From positions 11,032 through 75,031 of IMG/VR virus record IMGVR_UViG_2896216315_000003: DNA of 64,000 bases; one strand, written 5' to 3'. Both the position numbers and the translations under genes were made by a program. The notes under the pieces were generated by a model, which had not been told where the DNA came from, searched no databases, and saw only the letters and a list, made by a program, of their open reading frames with translations. Every line of letters begins with the position of its first letter. Positions within the stretch are counted from its first letter, which is position 1. This DNA comes from a virus. Below are positions 10,704 to 19,783 of the stretch, in pieces.

Positions 10704-12153
10704 TGTCGTTACCTTTGTCATTGGCGGGATCTGTGTCATAAACCAATCCAAGCCGTTCATTTTCATCAATTTCCGCTTTGCGGCGGCGTTTAACTTCTGC
10801 AGGGTTACCACCTCTAGCGCGAACCCAATCACTCTCTGTTGCCGCCCCTCCTCGAATTTGTGTTTTCCATGCCGCTGACTCTTTAAGTGGATCTATCCAC
10901 GGCATAACTGGTCCGCTGTAAGTCGCGTTATACAGTGAGCTGCGGTCAACATCAGCCGGAACCACAATGACGCCTGCAGCGATAGCCATCTGTAACCATT
11001 GTCGATAAACAGGTCGGCTAACTGAGCCACAGAAGGTATCTTGCAAGATGTAATACCCCTCAAATGATTCCACCAGCTCTTGCCGCTGCGCGCTGTATGT
11101 CCCGTTATAATCCCGTGCGATACTGGAATAACTACCGCGACTTCCCGCTGCAACTGCTCTAAGTTGACCATTCCGGAAGTTTTCAAGGTTTGGATTGGGC
11201 CTATCAGACTTGATCATGCCAACATCTTCACCGGGCCGTAATTCATCAAAAATAATCCCGGGAACAATATCGATAGTGCGGTCCTCATATTCCCGCTCAT
11301 CATCGTAAGTCCCTGCATCACCTTTCTTGATGTACATCCCTAGAGAGGCGGCGATACGTGCGGCCGTCAACTCTGCATCTTCGTAGTCTTTTAGAGCACT
11401 TAAACGCATTAAGATGCCGGAAAATAAACTATTACCGCGCAGTTGATGTAATCGACGCACATATTTCAAGTGCAGCATGTTTTCCGTCAGGATAGATTTA
11501 AGCTCCCCCATCTGCTGGCCTGCGGTTAACAAGTTTTTATAAACAAAGTAAGTTTGTGGGCGACCCCAATCATTTAATTGGATCCCCTGTCGGATATTTT
11601 CCCCGGTATCATCCAAATGAATCGGAACGAAGTCAGGCTCAAGTGCTTCTAGCCAAAATGGAATACCCGCTTGCTTATCAAGCCCTTTCTGATTTCCTCT
11701 GACTAATTGAGCAAAAACTTCACCATCACGGATCCATGTTCGAACCAAAAGACGCTCAAGCATTGGACGGGTAAATTGTCCTGTCACCTCTGGACGAATG
11801 GACCATTCAGACCATGCAGTTCTGATTTGCTTGGCGAGGTCATCATGGATCTGCCCTGTAAGTGATAGTGGCTGCGGCTCAACAATAATCCCCTTGCTGC
11901 CAACAATGCGCTCTTCCATTTTGTCGAGAATACCAATCACAAGGTCGTGATTATTATCTAGCCATCGCGCTTGCTCACGTAAGGATTTACCACCAACTTG
12001 CGTTAATTGGTTCGAATTTCGATTTTCTCGACGCGCTTTATGAAGCCGAGAGGGATTTGCAGCTTCATAAGCATGAATGGCATAACGTGACTTGGCTCGT
12101 TGACTCGCCCATGACGGTGAAAATACCGCAATCGCCTTCTCCAACATATTCAT
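10648..12153 (-). CDS. Portal protein, lambda family
   Basis: LREQARWLD, YSAQRQELVE and MPWIDPLKE motifs. Confidence 0.95.
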   Translation of the reverse strand: MNMLEKAIAVFSPSWASQRAKSRYAIHAYEAANPSRLHKARRENRNSNQLTQVGGKSLREQARWLDNNHDLVIGILDKMEERIVGSKGIIVEPQPLSLTGQIHDDLAKQIRTAWSEWSIRPEVTGQFTRPMLERLLVRTWIRDGEVFAQLVRGNQKGLDKQAGIPFWLEALEPDFVPIHLDDTGENIRQGIQLNDWGRPQTYFVYKNLLTAGQQMGELKSILTENMLHLKYVRRLHQLRGNSLFSGILMRLSALKDYEDAELTAARIAASLGMYIKKGDAGTYDDEREYEDRTIDIVPGIIFDELRPGEDVGMIKSDRPNPNLENFRNGQLRAVAAGSRGSYSSIARDYNGTYSAQRQELVESFEGYYILQDTFCGSVSRPVYRQWLQMAIAAGVIVVPADVDRSSLYNATYSGPVMPWIDPLKESAAWKTQIRGGAATESDWVRARGGNPAEVKRRRKAEIDENERLGLVYDTDPANDKGNDNADDKHTSHATKKQHDDE

Positions 12154-12365
12154 GAGAGCCTCGCTAATTTATAACCGGGTGACTTGCGATTAGCGGCGCT
12201 ACTTTGTGAATATCGACACTCCCAATATTCTCGCCCCTTACGGATCTCGCTAAGGTTTTCCATTGTCATTGACTGCCCGTTAAATGTAATACTCTTCCCC
12301 TGCAGTATTTCCATTTCTGCTTTTAAATATGCATCTAGCATTTCTTTGATTTGTTCACGGGTCAT
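12150..12365 (-). CDS. Head completion protein (gpW-like)
   Basis: YLKAEMEILQGKSITFNG...ENLSEIRKGR; ATGA overlap with TerL. Confidence 0.8.
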   Translation of the reverse strand: MTREQIKEMLDAYLKAEMEILQGKSITFNGQSMTMENLSEIRKGREYWECRYSQSSAANRKSPGYKLARLS

Positions 12366-14473
12366 ACCCATCCCCCTGAAGTTGCAGACACAGGAGCCCA
12401 TGCCGAGCTTGCGCTAGGCGTGGTTTCTTGTGTTTCTGTTTGAATTGGTGTTGATTTTTGAGGAGGTTGATTAGGCGCTGGACGAGATGGTTTAACATCA
12501 CTGATATCCGGCAACCTAGCCCATTTAGGCGGGTTCTCCCATTTGATTTTTTCGTAACCAAGCAAAATTACCAACGCATGCGCATAGACCATTAAGTCAA
12601 ATGCTTCGTTAGCCCCTTTACCCGGTTTACTCCATTTCCCGTTACTATCGCGCTCTTCATACGTCAATTCATCGTAGAAAGAATCATCAAGCCAATCTGG
12701 GAAATGAATATAGTTAGGGCCAACAGTGTCTCGCCCAAGATGAGCAGAAATGCGATCCTTAAGCTCATTGGTTTGTAATAAATGAATAGGTACATCACCC
12801 CGCGCTTTTGCTCGGCGATCTGAACGGTTGGTATTATCAGGGTAAGATTTAGTAATGAGCTTGCTTTTCGCTTTACCATCCCCCTTAAATAAATACACTC
12901 TCCTCGCTAGCCCTTCTTTCTTGCATTGCCGCCAGAATTTATACGCATTATCAGTTACCCCTTCTTCCCCACCGGTATCTATTGCCATGCAATGGATGCC
13001 CATTTCTATATTGTCATTTCCTTGAATTGGGTAGGTTTTATCGAGCACATCTGTAATGAGAACATCCCAGTCTTCCGCATAAGATGAAGGATTAATAGGC
13101 TGTGATTCGCCATCTTCGTTTGTTCTTAATGAGTGAGTGATATCAAATCGGTCAATTATCCAACGCTCACCTCTGGTGCCATAGCCTGTGACTTGAACGA
13201 CAAAACGCCGCTTTTTACCGCCCTGAACGTCAATAGTTGCAACGAGAAAACGAACGCCATTAGGCACTGAGCCATAGTCCCAATACTCTGCTCGGGCTTT
13301 AAGATCATCGCCGCTTCGCTGCTCTTGACTGATTTTTGGTAAATAAGGTTGCCCCCAGTCGGTATTAATAACGGACTTTAGTGTTTCCTCACTACCGGTT
13401 CGCTCGTATTCTTGCTCCGCATTGAGTAAGTTATAAACTAACTTTTCCCATGTTTGATAAGCGGCTGCGGGGCCTTCCATCCAAAATGAAGCAATGCGCG
13501 ACTCCCTTGGCTCACCTGTTACAACGCCATTTTGGTCAATAGACTGCCCCTCTTTGAGCCAAATACCTTTATTATTTAGCGCTCTTTTTTGGTCGGGTTC
13601 AATGAGCCCAAGACAGTGTGGACACTGTAATCGGGCGGCTTTGCTGCCCACTGCTGGGTCATCGCCCTCATTAAAACCCACCATGTTTTCTCGAATGGGC
13701 AAGAAATATTCCGAACAGTGCGGGCATGGCCAATACCAACGACGACGATCGCCACGATTATAAAGTGACAAAATCCCCGTTGTAGGCGGGGCTTCGTGAG
13801 GTGTATTTCGTCGCCATTTGCTGTCTGTTATCTCTCGACCAGGGGAGCTTTCAACCAGTGTTTTCCCTGCGGACATGAATGTGGTTGTTCGCTTTGCAGC
13901 TAACGTATAAGCATCCCCTTCACCGTCAACATCTTCGGGAAATCGGTCATAATCCGTTAAAGCAACAAAACGATAATCCGAAGAGGACATGATATTGACG
14001 GATGGCCAGCCAATTTTTAAGTAATTTCCTGCCCTAAATGTTTTGTCATGGACGTTATTATCATTTCGGTGTGGGCTTAGTCTTTTGGCCACTTCGCGAC
14101 TAGATCGAAAAGTTCTATCTAATCGCTTTTTAGAGTGCTCTCGCGCTTTTTCTTCTGTCATTTGGATGAGAAGAAAATCCGCAGGATCACACACAATAAC
14201 ATAAACAATCCAACCATCAATTAACCCCAGTGATTTCCCCGTACGGGCTGGACCAACAAATATCACTGAATCATAGCGGCGATCTGCAAGGCAATTCATG
14301 GGTTCAATAATGTAGGGAGTTAATGAATCATCCCACGGTATTGATGAACCTTCACCCATGGGCACCCGCATGTATTTTTTCACTGCCTGAGCAATTGGCA
14401 TTCTACGTGGCGCTTTTAATAAGGATGCAACATCCTTTCTTACCGTTGATGCTGAGGCATAATTTACTGTCAT
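12362..14473 (-). CDS. Terminase large subunit (lambda gpA family)
   Basis: GPARTGKS Walker A, ESSPG, CPHC zinc fingers, NEAFDLMVYA. Confidence 0.95.
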   Translation of the reverse strand: MTVNYASASTVRKDVASLLKAPRRMPIAQAVKKYMRVPMGEGSSIPWDDSLTPYIIEPMNCLADRRYDSVIFVGPARTGKSLGLIDGWIVYVIVCDPADFLLIQMTEEKAREHSKKRLDRTFRSSREVAKRLSPHRNDNNVHDKTFRAGNYLKIGWPSVNIMSSSDYRFVALTDYDRFPEDVDGEGDAYTLAAKRTTTFMSAGKTLVESSPGREITDSKWRRNTPHEAPPTTGILSLYNRGDRRRWYWPCPHCSEYFLPIRENMVGFNEGDDPAVGSKAARLQCPHCLGLIEPDQKRALNNKGIWLKEGQSIDQNGVVTGEPRESRIASFWMEGPAAAYQTWEKLVYNLLNAEQEYERTGSEETLKSVINTDWGQPYLPKISQEQRSGDDLKARAEYWDYGSVPNGVRFLVATIDVQGGKKRRFVVQVTGYGTRGERWIIDRFDITHSLRTNEDGESQPINPSSYAEDWDVLITDVLDKTYPIQGNDNIEMGIHCMAIDTGGEEGVTDNAYKFWRQCKKEGLARRVYLFKGDGKAKSKLITKSYPDNTNRSDRRAKARGDVPIHLLQTNELKDRISAHLGRDTVGPNYIHFPDWLDDSFYDELTYEERDSNGKWSKPGKGANEAFDLMVYAHALVILLGYEKIKWENPPKWARLPDISDVKPSRPAPNQPPQKSTPIQTETQETTPSASSAWAPVSATSGGWV

Positions 14474-14979
14474 TCGTCAAAATCCTCCGCATCCATCACG
14501 CGAGCAGCGAGAATATCCCGTAATTCATCGACAATGATTTGCACCTCAGTAAGTTGCTCTGCACTCCAACCTTTATCTCGCTCTAATTTATCAGGCCATG
14601 TATCTAAAACTTGGGTTATTGCTTTAACTAATACCGCCATTTCCAAATGCACATCAGCAACAGGAACTAATTGTTTAAGCGTAGTTTCCAACTTAATTCT
14701 TTCATTTTCAGACTGATACCAATCCTTACGCTCTTTAGGTGGCATCAGTGTGGGATCTTGAAGATTATTTGTATTTACATCGGGGTCGGCACCGAAAAGT
14801 ATCGGTCCGATATCTCGCAAGGCATAAACAGGATTGCCTCGCACAATATTGGCAATGGGAGTATTTGCATCGAGCAATCGCTTTTTAACTGTTCCGCGAT
14901 TTAAGCCGAATGCTTCAGCAATCTTAGCCACGCTCCAGTTGTAGGCGTCCCCCAGATTGCTGATGTTGGACATTGACAC
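14470..14979 (-). CDS. Terminase small subunit (DUF1441-like)
   Basis: N-terminal HTH, RKDWYQSENERIKLE; directly upstream of TerL. Confidence 0.88.
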   Translation of the reverse strand: MSMSNISNLGDAYNWSVAKIAEAFGLNRGTVKKRLLDANTPIANIVRGNPVYALRDIGPILFGADPDVNTNNLQDPTLMPPKERKDWYQSENERIKLETTLKQLVPVADVHLEMAVLVKAITQVLDTWPDKLERDKGWSAEQLTEVQIIVDELRDILAARVMDAEDFDE

Positions 14980-15033
14980 CTCACTCTGTCAGGTGAAAAC
15001 TGATATTTTTATTTATTATCAGATAGATACAGT

Positions 15034-15201
15034 ATATTGAGGTGACAACTCATTTTAAAAATTGTCACCTCAATATCGATATTTTCATATTGAATCAAAT
15101 AGTTAACTCACCTGCTGCTGACAGCATGAAAAATTGAAAATGAGCCGTTTTCCGCGCGCATGCCGCCTCGTGGTAAGGGTACCCCCTCAGGAGTACCTTT
15201 T
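15034..15201 (-). other. cos packaging site (cosQ-cosN-cosB)
   Basis: Minus strand ACG-AGGCGGCATGCG-CGCGGAAAA aligns with lambda cosN ACG-GGGCGGCGACCT-CGCGGGTTTT; 15-bp inverted repeat at 15034-15048/15062-15076 in the cosB position. Confidence 0.8.
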
Positions 15202-15234
15202 GAATTATGCGTAAAATTAATCAATCTAATGAAT

Positions 15235-15378
15235 TTAAGGTTTATTTGGTGGCGAGAGTGGCTTGGAATTACTAGACCGCTTGGGTTGATACCCTTTAAC
15301 ATTTGTAACGCCATCATTTAGTTGCTTGTCCAGTTTTTCTCTGAATTGATTAGGATTATTAAAACCTTGACTGCCCAT
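15235..15378 (-). CDS. 47-aa micro-ORF MGSQGFNNPNQFREKLDK...
   Basis: Manual translation; GAGG RBS; paralog of 16413-16484. Confidence 0.6.
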   Translation of the reverse strand: MGSQGFNNPNQFREKLDKQLNDGVTNVKGYQPKRSSNSKPLSPPNKP

Positions 15379-15381
15379 ACA

Positions 15382-15957
15382 TTACCTCACTGTGCGCCCA
15401 CAAAGCTTTAGATTTAGCTGTCTCAGGTTTTCAGCGATTGCCCTATCCGAATCAACTATGGTCTGTTGTATTGCCGTGATAGAGGCTTGCAATTGACTAA
15501 ACTCAGATTCAACCTGTTGCTTAAACTTTTCGAATTCTGACTGCTCACGAGAAATAACTTCACTTGTTCGGCTAATTTCAGCGGAAGCTTTAAGGGTCAC
15601 CTCGGCAGATTGTTGCTCACGGTTATCATTAATACCTGTGGTTATTTCAAACCGTGCTTGCTCAATCCCCTTTTTAGCAACTTCTTTTGCAGCTCGTCGC
15701 AGTGCATCATCTATTGCTGGGCCTTGTATTTTTGCGCTATTAATTGTTCCACTTGTAATTAACGGTGCATCGATAAATACCTGACCGTTTGTAACAAAGA
15801 ACATATCAGCACTAAAACCTACGCTTGTTGGCTGCTTCAGCCCAGTGCTAATCATCAGCCTTTCAATGCGCTTTAGTTGCGCTTCCAGCTTATCTAAATC
15901 AGTGCTATCGACTGATATCTTTATAGATAGGGTGGCTATTTCTTTTTTATCTGACAT
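15382..15957 (-). CDS. Hypothetical protein with tail-tip-like (DUF1983-like) segment and coiled coil
   Basis: FFVTNGQVFI...GTINSAKI segment; GGAG RBS before MSDKK. Confidence 0.65.
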   Translation of the reverse strand: MSDKKEIATLSIKISVDSTDLDKLEAQLKRIERLMISTGLKQPTSVGFSADMFFVTNGQVFIDAPLITSGTINSAKIQGPAIDDALRRAAKEVAKKGIEQARFEITTGINDNREQQSAEVTLKASAEISRTSEVISREQSEFEKFKQQVESEFSQLQASITAIQQTIVDSDRAIAENLRQLNLKLCGRTVR

Positions 15958-16012
15958 AACTGTCTCCATAAATGAAAAAGCCACCAGTGATTAGCTGATG
16001 GCCGTACTCCGA

Positions 16013-16414
16013 TTTGGATTAAGTAATAAGTAGTGATAATATCTCGCCGCTGGTCAAGGATGACTGGCCTTACTACAATAATTATAAAGCTACATTTCCA
16101 TTAGATATGCCCTTCTATAGAGGGCTTTTTTTATGTCATTTGATAATCACCAATATAATTGCGCATTTGAAATAACCTGCTAGGCTTAACGCTGATATTC
16201 ATCGTAAAGCAACACTTTAGCCTACAGCTGTGTAGGCTTTTTTTATTTGCATACACTTTTTTCAATATTCTTTTCCGTATTTTGTAACAATTTACATCTA
16301 GATTATTTAACATATGCTGATACTATCTGCGCTCCCTATTAGGGATATTCATAAACAAAAAATTGGTTCAATTAATAGATTATTTCAGCCCCGCCTCGCA
16401 AAGGGGCTTTTTTT
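16013..16414 (+). ncRNA. Putative array of three promoter-sRNA-terminator units antisense to the late operon
   Basis: -10 boxes GATAAT 16035, TATAAT 16154, TATGCT 16313 (TTTACA -35 at 16291); stem+T7 terminators at 16109-16132, 16219-16244, 16387-16414. Confidence 0.55.
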
Positions 16415-16484
16415 ATTCTTTCGGAATGCTTTTATCCAACTCTTCACGGAATTGAGCTGGTTTATCGCAACCTTGTGTTGCCAT
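16413..16484 (-). CDS. 23-aa micro-ORF MATQGCDKPAQFREELDKSIPKE
   Basis: Strong AGGAG RBS; paralog of 15235-15378. Confidence 0.6.
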   Translation of the reverse strand: MATQGCDKPAQFREELDKSIPKE

Positions 16485-16651
16485 TATGTTTCTCCTGTAG
16501 GTATAAAAAGCCCCGCGATTGCGAGACTGACATATTTAGTTAAAATTTATTACACTTATTTATCAATTAATGTACTATTCTGTAAAAGAAGACATATATA
16601 ACAATAAACCTAGCTGTGCATACTGTTAGCTCATCCCCCACCAGGCATGGG

Positions 16652-16999
16652 CTATTTTTTTACCCTTTTTGCTTCAATCTCTCGAATGGCTTTCTTATCT
16701 AAATTGCACTGCTCAATCACCGTTAATAGCGATTCATTTATCAATAAAGAATCGCCCCAAGGAAATGTCTCAGGGATGTACTCAGGCAAACAATCATTGA
16801 GTAGATGAGCTGGAATGGGCACTGATGGCGTTTGAACGTATTCTATTCGCGTGGTTGTGCAGCTCGATAGTAGCATCACGAGGAGCATCAATAGCAGCAC
16901 ACTTATCATCCACAATAACGGTTTTGATAATGGTTTTAACCGTTTCAGAAGCCACTGTTGCCTCGTCGCGTTCCCTAAGGTTATTTCGTGAGATTTCAT
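16652..16999 (-). CDS. o-spanin (Rz1-like lipoprotein); true start probably internal
   Basis: Lipobox LSSC, Pro-rich region, CNLDKKAIREIE; overlaps i-spanin. Confidence 0.85.
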   Translation of the reverse strand: MKSHEITLGNATRQQWLLKRLKPLSKPLLWMISVLLLMLLVMLLSSCTTTRIEYVQTPSVPIPAHLLNDCLPEYIPETFPWGDSLLINESLLTVIEQCNLDKKAIREIEAKRVKK

Positions 17000-17183
17000 T
17001 GAATGTTACCGAAAGTTCTAAAACGGTGGACAATATGAATTGATTGGCGGCTAGCTCATTTGATTTTTTATCAAACTTATCACTCAATTTGTCATAGTCA
17101 TCAGCAACCCACCAGAGCCAAAATAGCAAAATGACACAAGCGGCCATTAATGCTTTGGTTATTACGCTTAATTGCTGCCCCAT
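16794..17183 (-). CDS. i-spanin (Rz-like)
   Basis: N-terminal TM plus coiled coil, downstream of endolysin. Confidence 0.82.
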   Translation of the reverse strand: MGQQLSVITKALMAACVILLFWLWWVADDYDKLSDKFDKKSNELAANQFILSTVLELSVTFNEISRNNLRERDEATVASETVKTIIKTVIVDDKCAAIDAPRDATIELHNHANRIRSNAISAHSSSSTQ

Positions 17184-17524
17184 CGTGCTTTATATCCTCT
17201 CACATCGATATGTGTGAATGTCTTGTAGCGACCAATGCCGTAGCTATCAGGAAACTGAGATTCAAGATAATCAGCGACCATTTTCGGCGCTACATCTTTA
17301 ACCCTGATATCTGCCGCTGTGCCTAACAGGTGCTGAGATTTAGGTGCGCCACCTACTTTACTGTTGTGTTTAGCACAGCGACGACCGCTGACAACAATAA
17401 CCGGCTTGCCGAAGTGAGTTCGAACGCCTTCAAGAATTTCAACCAACTTGGGTTCAACTTGATTTGCTCCGCATCCATCCTTACATGCAAATTCATTACT
17501 ATCGAAATGTTCACTTAATTTCAT
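17168..17524 (-). CDS. Endolysin, peptidase M15A family
   Basis: SGRRCAKHNSKVGGAPKSQHLLGTAADI...FTHIDVR zinc-peptidase motifs. Confidence 0.92.
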   Translation of the reverse strand: MKLSEHFDSNEFACKDGCGANQVEPKLVEILEGVRTHFGKPVIVVSGRRCAKHNSKVGGAPKSQHLLGTAADIRVKDVAPKMVADYLESQFPDSYGIGRYKTFTHIDVRGYKARWGSN

Positions 17525-17889
17525 TTCTTCACCATAAAAGTAAAAGGCCGCTTAATTAGCAGCCAAATTGATTTGATTCGAGCGATTAATTTACTAATGA
17601 CGACTACCGACATGATGTTTCCACCTGCAGAGAAGATAACGGTAAATAAAACACCACTAAACAATACATCTGATGATGCTGCTATACGCTCGCCCACCGC
17701 CGTTTGATAAATTTGATAAACCCAACAAACAAATAAGACGGTGCCAATGATCGAATCCCGACGCTTAGCGTAACGACATAAAAACACCGTGATTGCCGAA
17801 GCGGACTTAAACAAAATATCAGCAGTCCCTAGTGGGTGAGTATCTATCCAGCGGGCTATATCCATAAAAATCGTTAAGAAGGTTTCCAT
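17521..17889 (-). CDS. Holin-like membrane protein
   Basis: Several TM segments, GGNI motif, lysis cassette position. Confidence 0.7.
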   Translation of the reverse strand: METFLTIFMDIARWIDTHPLGTADILFKSASAITVFLCRYAKRRDSIIGTVLFVCWVYQIYQTAVGERIAASSDVLFSGVLFTVIFSAGGNIMSVVVISKLIARIKSIWLLIKRPFTFMVKK

Positions 17890-18302
17890 CAGTTACCCCC
17901 TTTATTTCGCCAATCTTTAATGGCCTGTACGATACTGCTGAAGTTTCGGTCTATTGATGCTGCAATACGGCTAAACAACTTTCTAAGGTTGTCTTTGTTT
18001 GCAGCTAGCACCAAAACGGGGATTAACAAAGCCGAAATAATAATGGCTGTTATCTTAGGGCTAATTTCCCACTGCCATACCTGAGCAATAAAATCTGAGG
18101 CTTCTTTAGCAATGAGGATCCCTGCACCGAGTGCCAAAATAAAATGAAGTATCTTTCGTCGGTTATTATCTTTAGATGCAATGACGGAAACTGAAGCGCC
18201 AATAACTGCCCCTAGCACAACGCCATAGTCGGCACCAATAAGGAAACCGCCCATCGCGCCACCGCCAGCAGCACCGAGGGTTATCCCTATTGATGTGCTC
18301 AT
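17889..18302 (-). CDS. Putative holin
   Basis: Gly-rich TMs (DYGVVLGAVIGA), basic C-terminus, first gene of the lysis cassette. Confidence 0.72.
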   Translation of the reverse strand: MSTSIGITLGAAGGGAMGGFLIGADYGVVLGAVIGASVSVIASKDNNRRKILHFILALGAGILIAKEASDFIAQVWQWEISPKITAIIISALLIPVLVLAANKDNLRKLFSRIAASIDRNFSSIVQAIKDWRNKGGN

Positions 18303-18392
18303 AAATAATTTATTCTCTTGGGTTGATAGGTGACGGGCGCAACTCCGCCTTATGCGCAGCTATCGATTTCTCTGCATGAGGTTTTCGATAAG

Positions 18393-18527
18393 TTAATGAA
18401 ATACAGATCGCCAATAGGCTTTGTATTTAGAGCGGGTTAGAAAGTAATGAAATGACCAGGCTAAGCTTAACTGTTCTTTAGTCTTACCTGATAATTTAAC
18501 ACATGGATTAATAAATATATTTTTCAT
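18393..18527 (-). CDS. 44-aa basic micro-ORF MKNIFINPCVKLSG...
   Basis: Manual translation; GGAG RBS. Confidence 0.55.
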   Translation of the reverse strand: MKNIFINPCVKLSGKTKEQLSLAWSFHYFLTRSKYKAYWRSVFH

Positions 18528-18587
18528 ATTATCTCCAATAAAAAAGGCCACCTAAGTGACCTGGTATTTGGGTGTCAAATAAACACG

Positions 18588-18803
18588 TTATTTAACTTCA
18601 CTCCATACAAAGTCGTCACTTTGTAGTCTATGTGAGCCATAATGCACTTCATAGCCATTATCTAATAACGATGCCCGCAATTCCGCTTGAGTTTCAGTAG
18701 CATGTACGCTATCTAAATGCCATGGTGCATACTTAACCACTCCCCATCCCAAAACCGAATTTGCATTATCTGGATCTGGTGCTAAATTACTATCTACAAA
18801 CAT
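18588..18803 (-). CDS. Hypothetical moron protein
   Basis: AAGGAG RBS, followed by a terminator-like hairpin. Confidence 0.7.
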   Translation of the reverse strand: MFVDSNLAPDPDNANSVLGWGVVKYAPWHLDSVHATETQAELRASLLDNGYEVHYGSHRLQSDDFVWSEVK

Positions 18804-18855
18804 TTCTATCTCCTTTGTTGGGTACCCAGAGATAGATTATTGTATTTATTGCTCA

Positions 18856-19074
18856 CTAGCCAATAACTTTAACTGAAATTTCCACGTCTTCACTATCACT
18901 ATGGGTAGTGGTAATCAAGAACTCATCAGAGGTGCAGCTTACCTTGTATTTTTTATGGAATTCAGCGCTTGACTTGCCATAGAGAGTATCTTTTATAAGT
19001 AAGTTACTTCCCTGGTGTACTTCAAAAGAGACGGAGCCACTAAGCTTCGTCACTGTAACTTGGATTGTTTTCAT
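18856..19074 (-). CDS. Hypothetical moron protein
   Basis: GAGG RBS before MKTIQVTV. Confidence 0.65.
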   Translation of the reverse strand: MKTIQVTVTKLSGSVSFEVHQGSNLLIKDTLYGKSSAEFHKKYKVSCTSDEFLITTTHSDSEDVEISVKVIG

Positions 19075-19417
19075 CTGATACCCTCTTAAATAGAAAAGGC
19101 CACGCAATGCGCAGCCCTTGGAATAATTTTTGGAATATTTTGTTGTTCGAAATGGTGTTGGTTGATTTAGTTCAGCCAGACTGTTCCGCGCTGCCAGAAC
19201 TTTTATAGCAGATTATAAGTATTGCGGAGGCATACGCTGAGAGTGTATGCATTCAGGTTCCCCCATGGCGTGTGTGCTTCTATCCTGATAAGTACAGATA
19301 ACCCATGCGAGTTAGCCAATCAGCCTTGGCATTCTCCACAATGAAAACCCTACTCGCTTTAATGCCACTATGTGCAAGATAGAAGCTGACAAATAGAGTT
19401 TTCATCGCCTAGAAAGC

Positions 19418-19516
19418 AAAAAAACCCGCCATTGCTGACGGGTTTGGCTAGGGTTGATGTTCTTACAACTGATGTAGTTCGCAAATTAAATATAGTTCAC
19501 AGTTTAAATTGTGCAA
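19418..19516 (-). ncRNA. Putative ~65-nt sRNA unit with promoter and terminator
   Basis: TTGCAC-N16-TATATT (C at -13, TAA after the box), then CCCG stem + T7. Confidence 0.5.
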
Positions 19517-19537
19517 GTTCAATTATGTCACTACTAA

Positions 19538-19624
19538 TTACTTTACCCAATGTGGAATAGCGACAAATAGAAGAACTAATACCAGTGCAGCTACCGCTAC
19601 CTGTAATACATGAAAGATCCCCAT
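19538..19624 (-). CDS. 28-aa single-TM peptide MGIFHVLQVAVAALVLVLLFVAIPHWVK
   Basis: Manual translation; AAAGGGA RBS. Confidence 0.55.
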   Translation of the reverse strand: MGIFHVLQVAVAALVLVLLFVAIPHWVK

Positions 19625-19716
19625 AAATACAATCCCTTTATAATCAGCAATTAATCAATCACTTGTTATATAAAAGTAGCTATATTTTGTGGATTGTAAA
19701 GAAACTATGCGCTAAA

Positions 19717-19748
19717 AAGCAAAAACCCCGCACAAATGGCGAGGTTTC
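19717..19748 (-). terminator. tR'-like terminator after Q
   Basis: AAACCTCGC...GCGGGGTTTTTG stem-loop. Confidence 0.65.
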
Positions 19749-19783
19749 ATTCTATAAGTTAGGTGACAACGTATTCACTCTTA

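Noticed and set aside
16131..16601. Track ORFs 16131-16313 (-) and 16314-16601 (+)
   Set aside because: No clear RBS and both run through terminator hairpins; better explained as non-coding units.
19110..19410. tRNA cluster downstream of Q
   Set aside because: No cloverleaf with T-loop and CCA could be assembled by eye.
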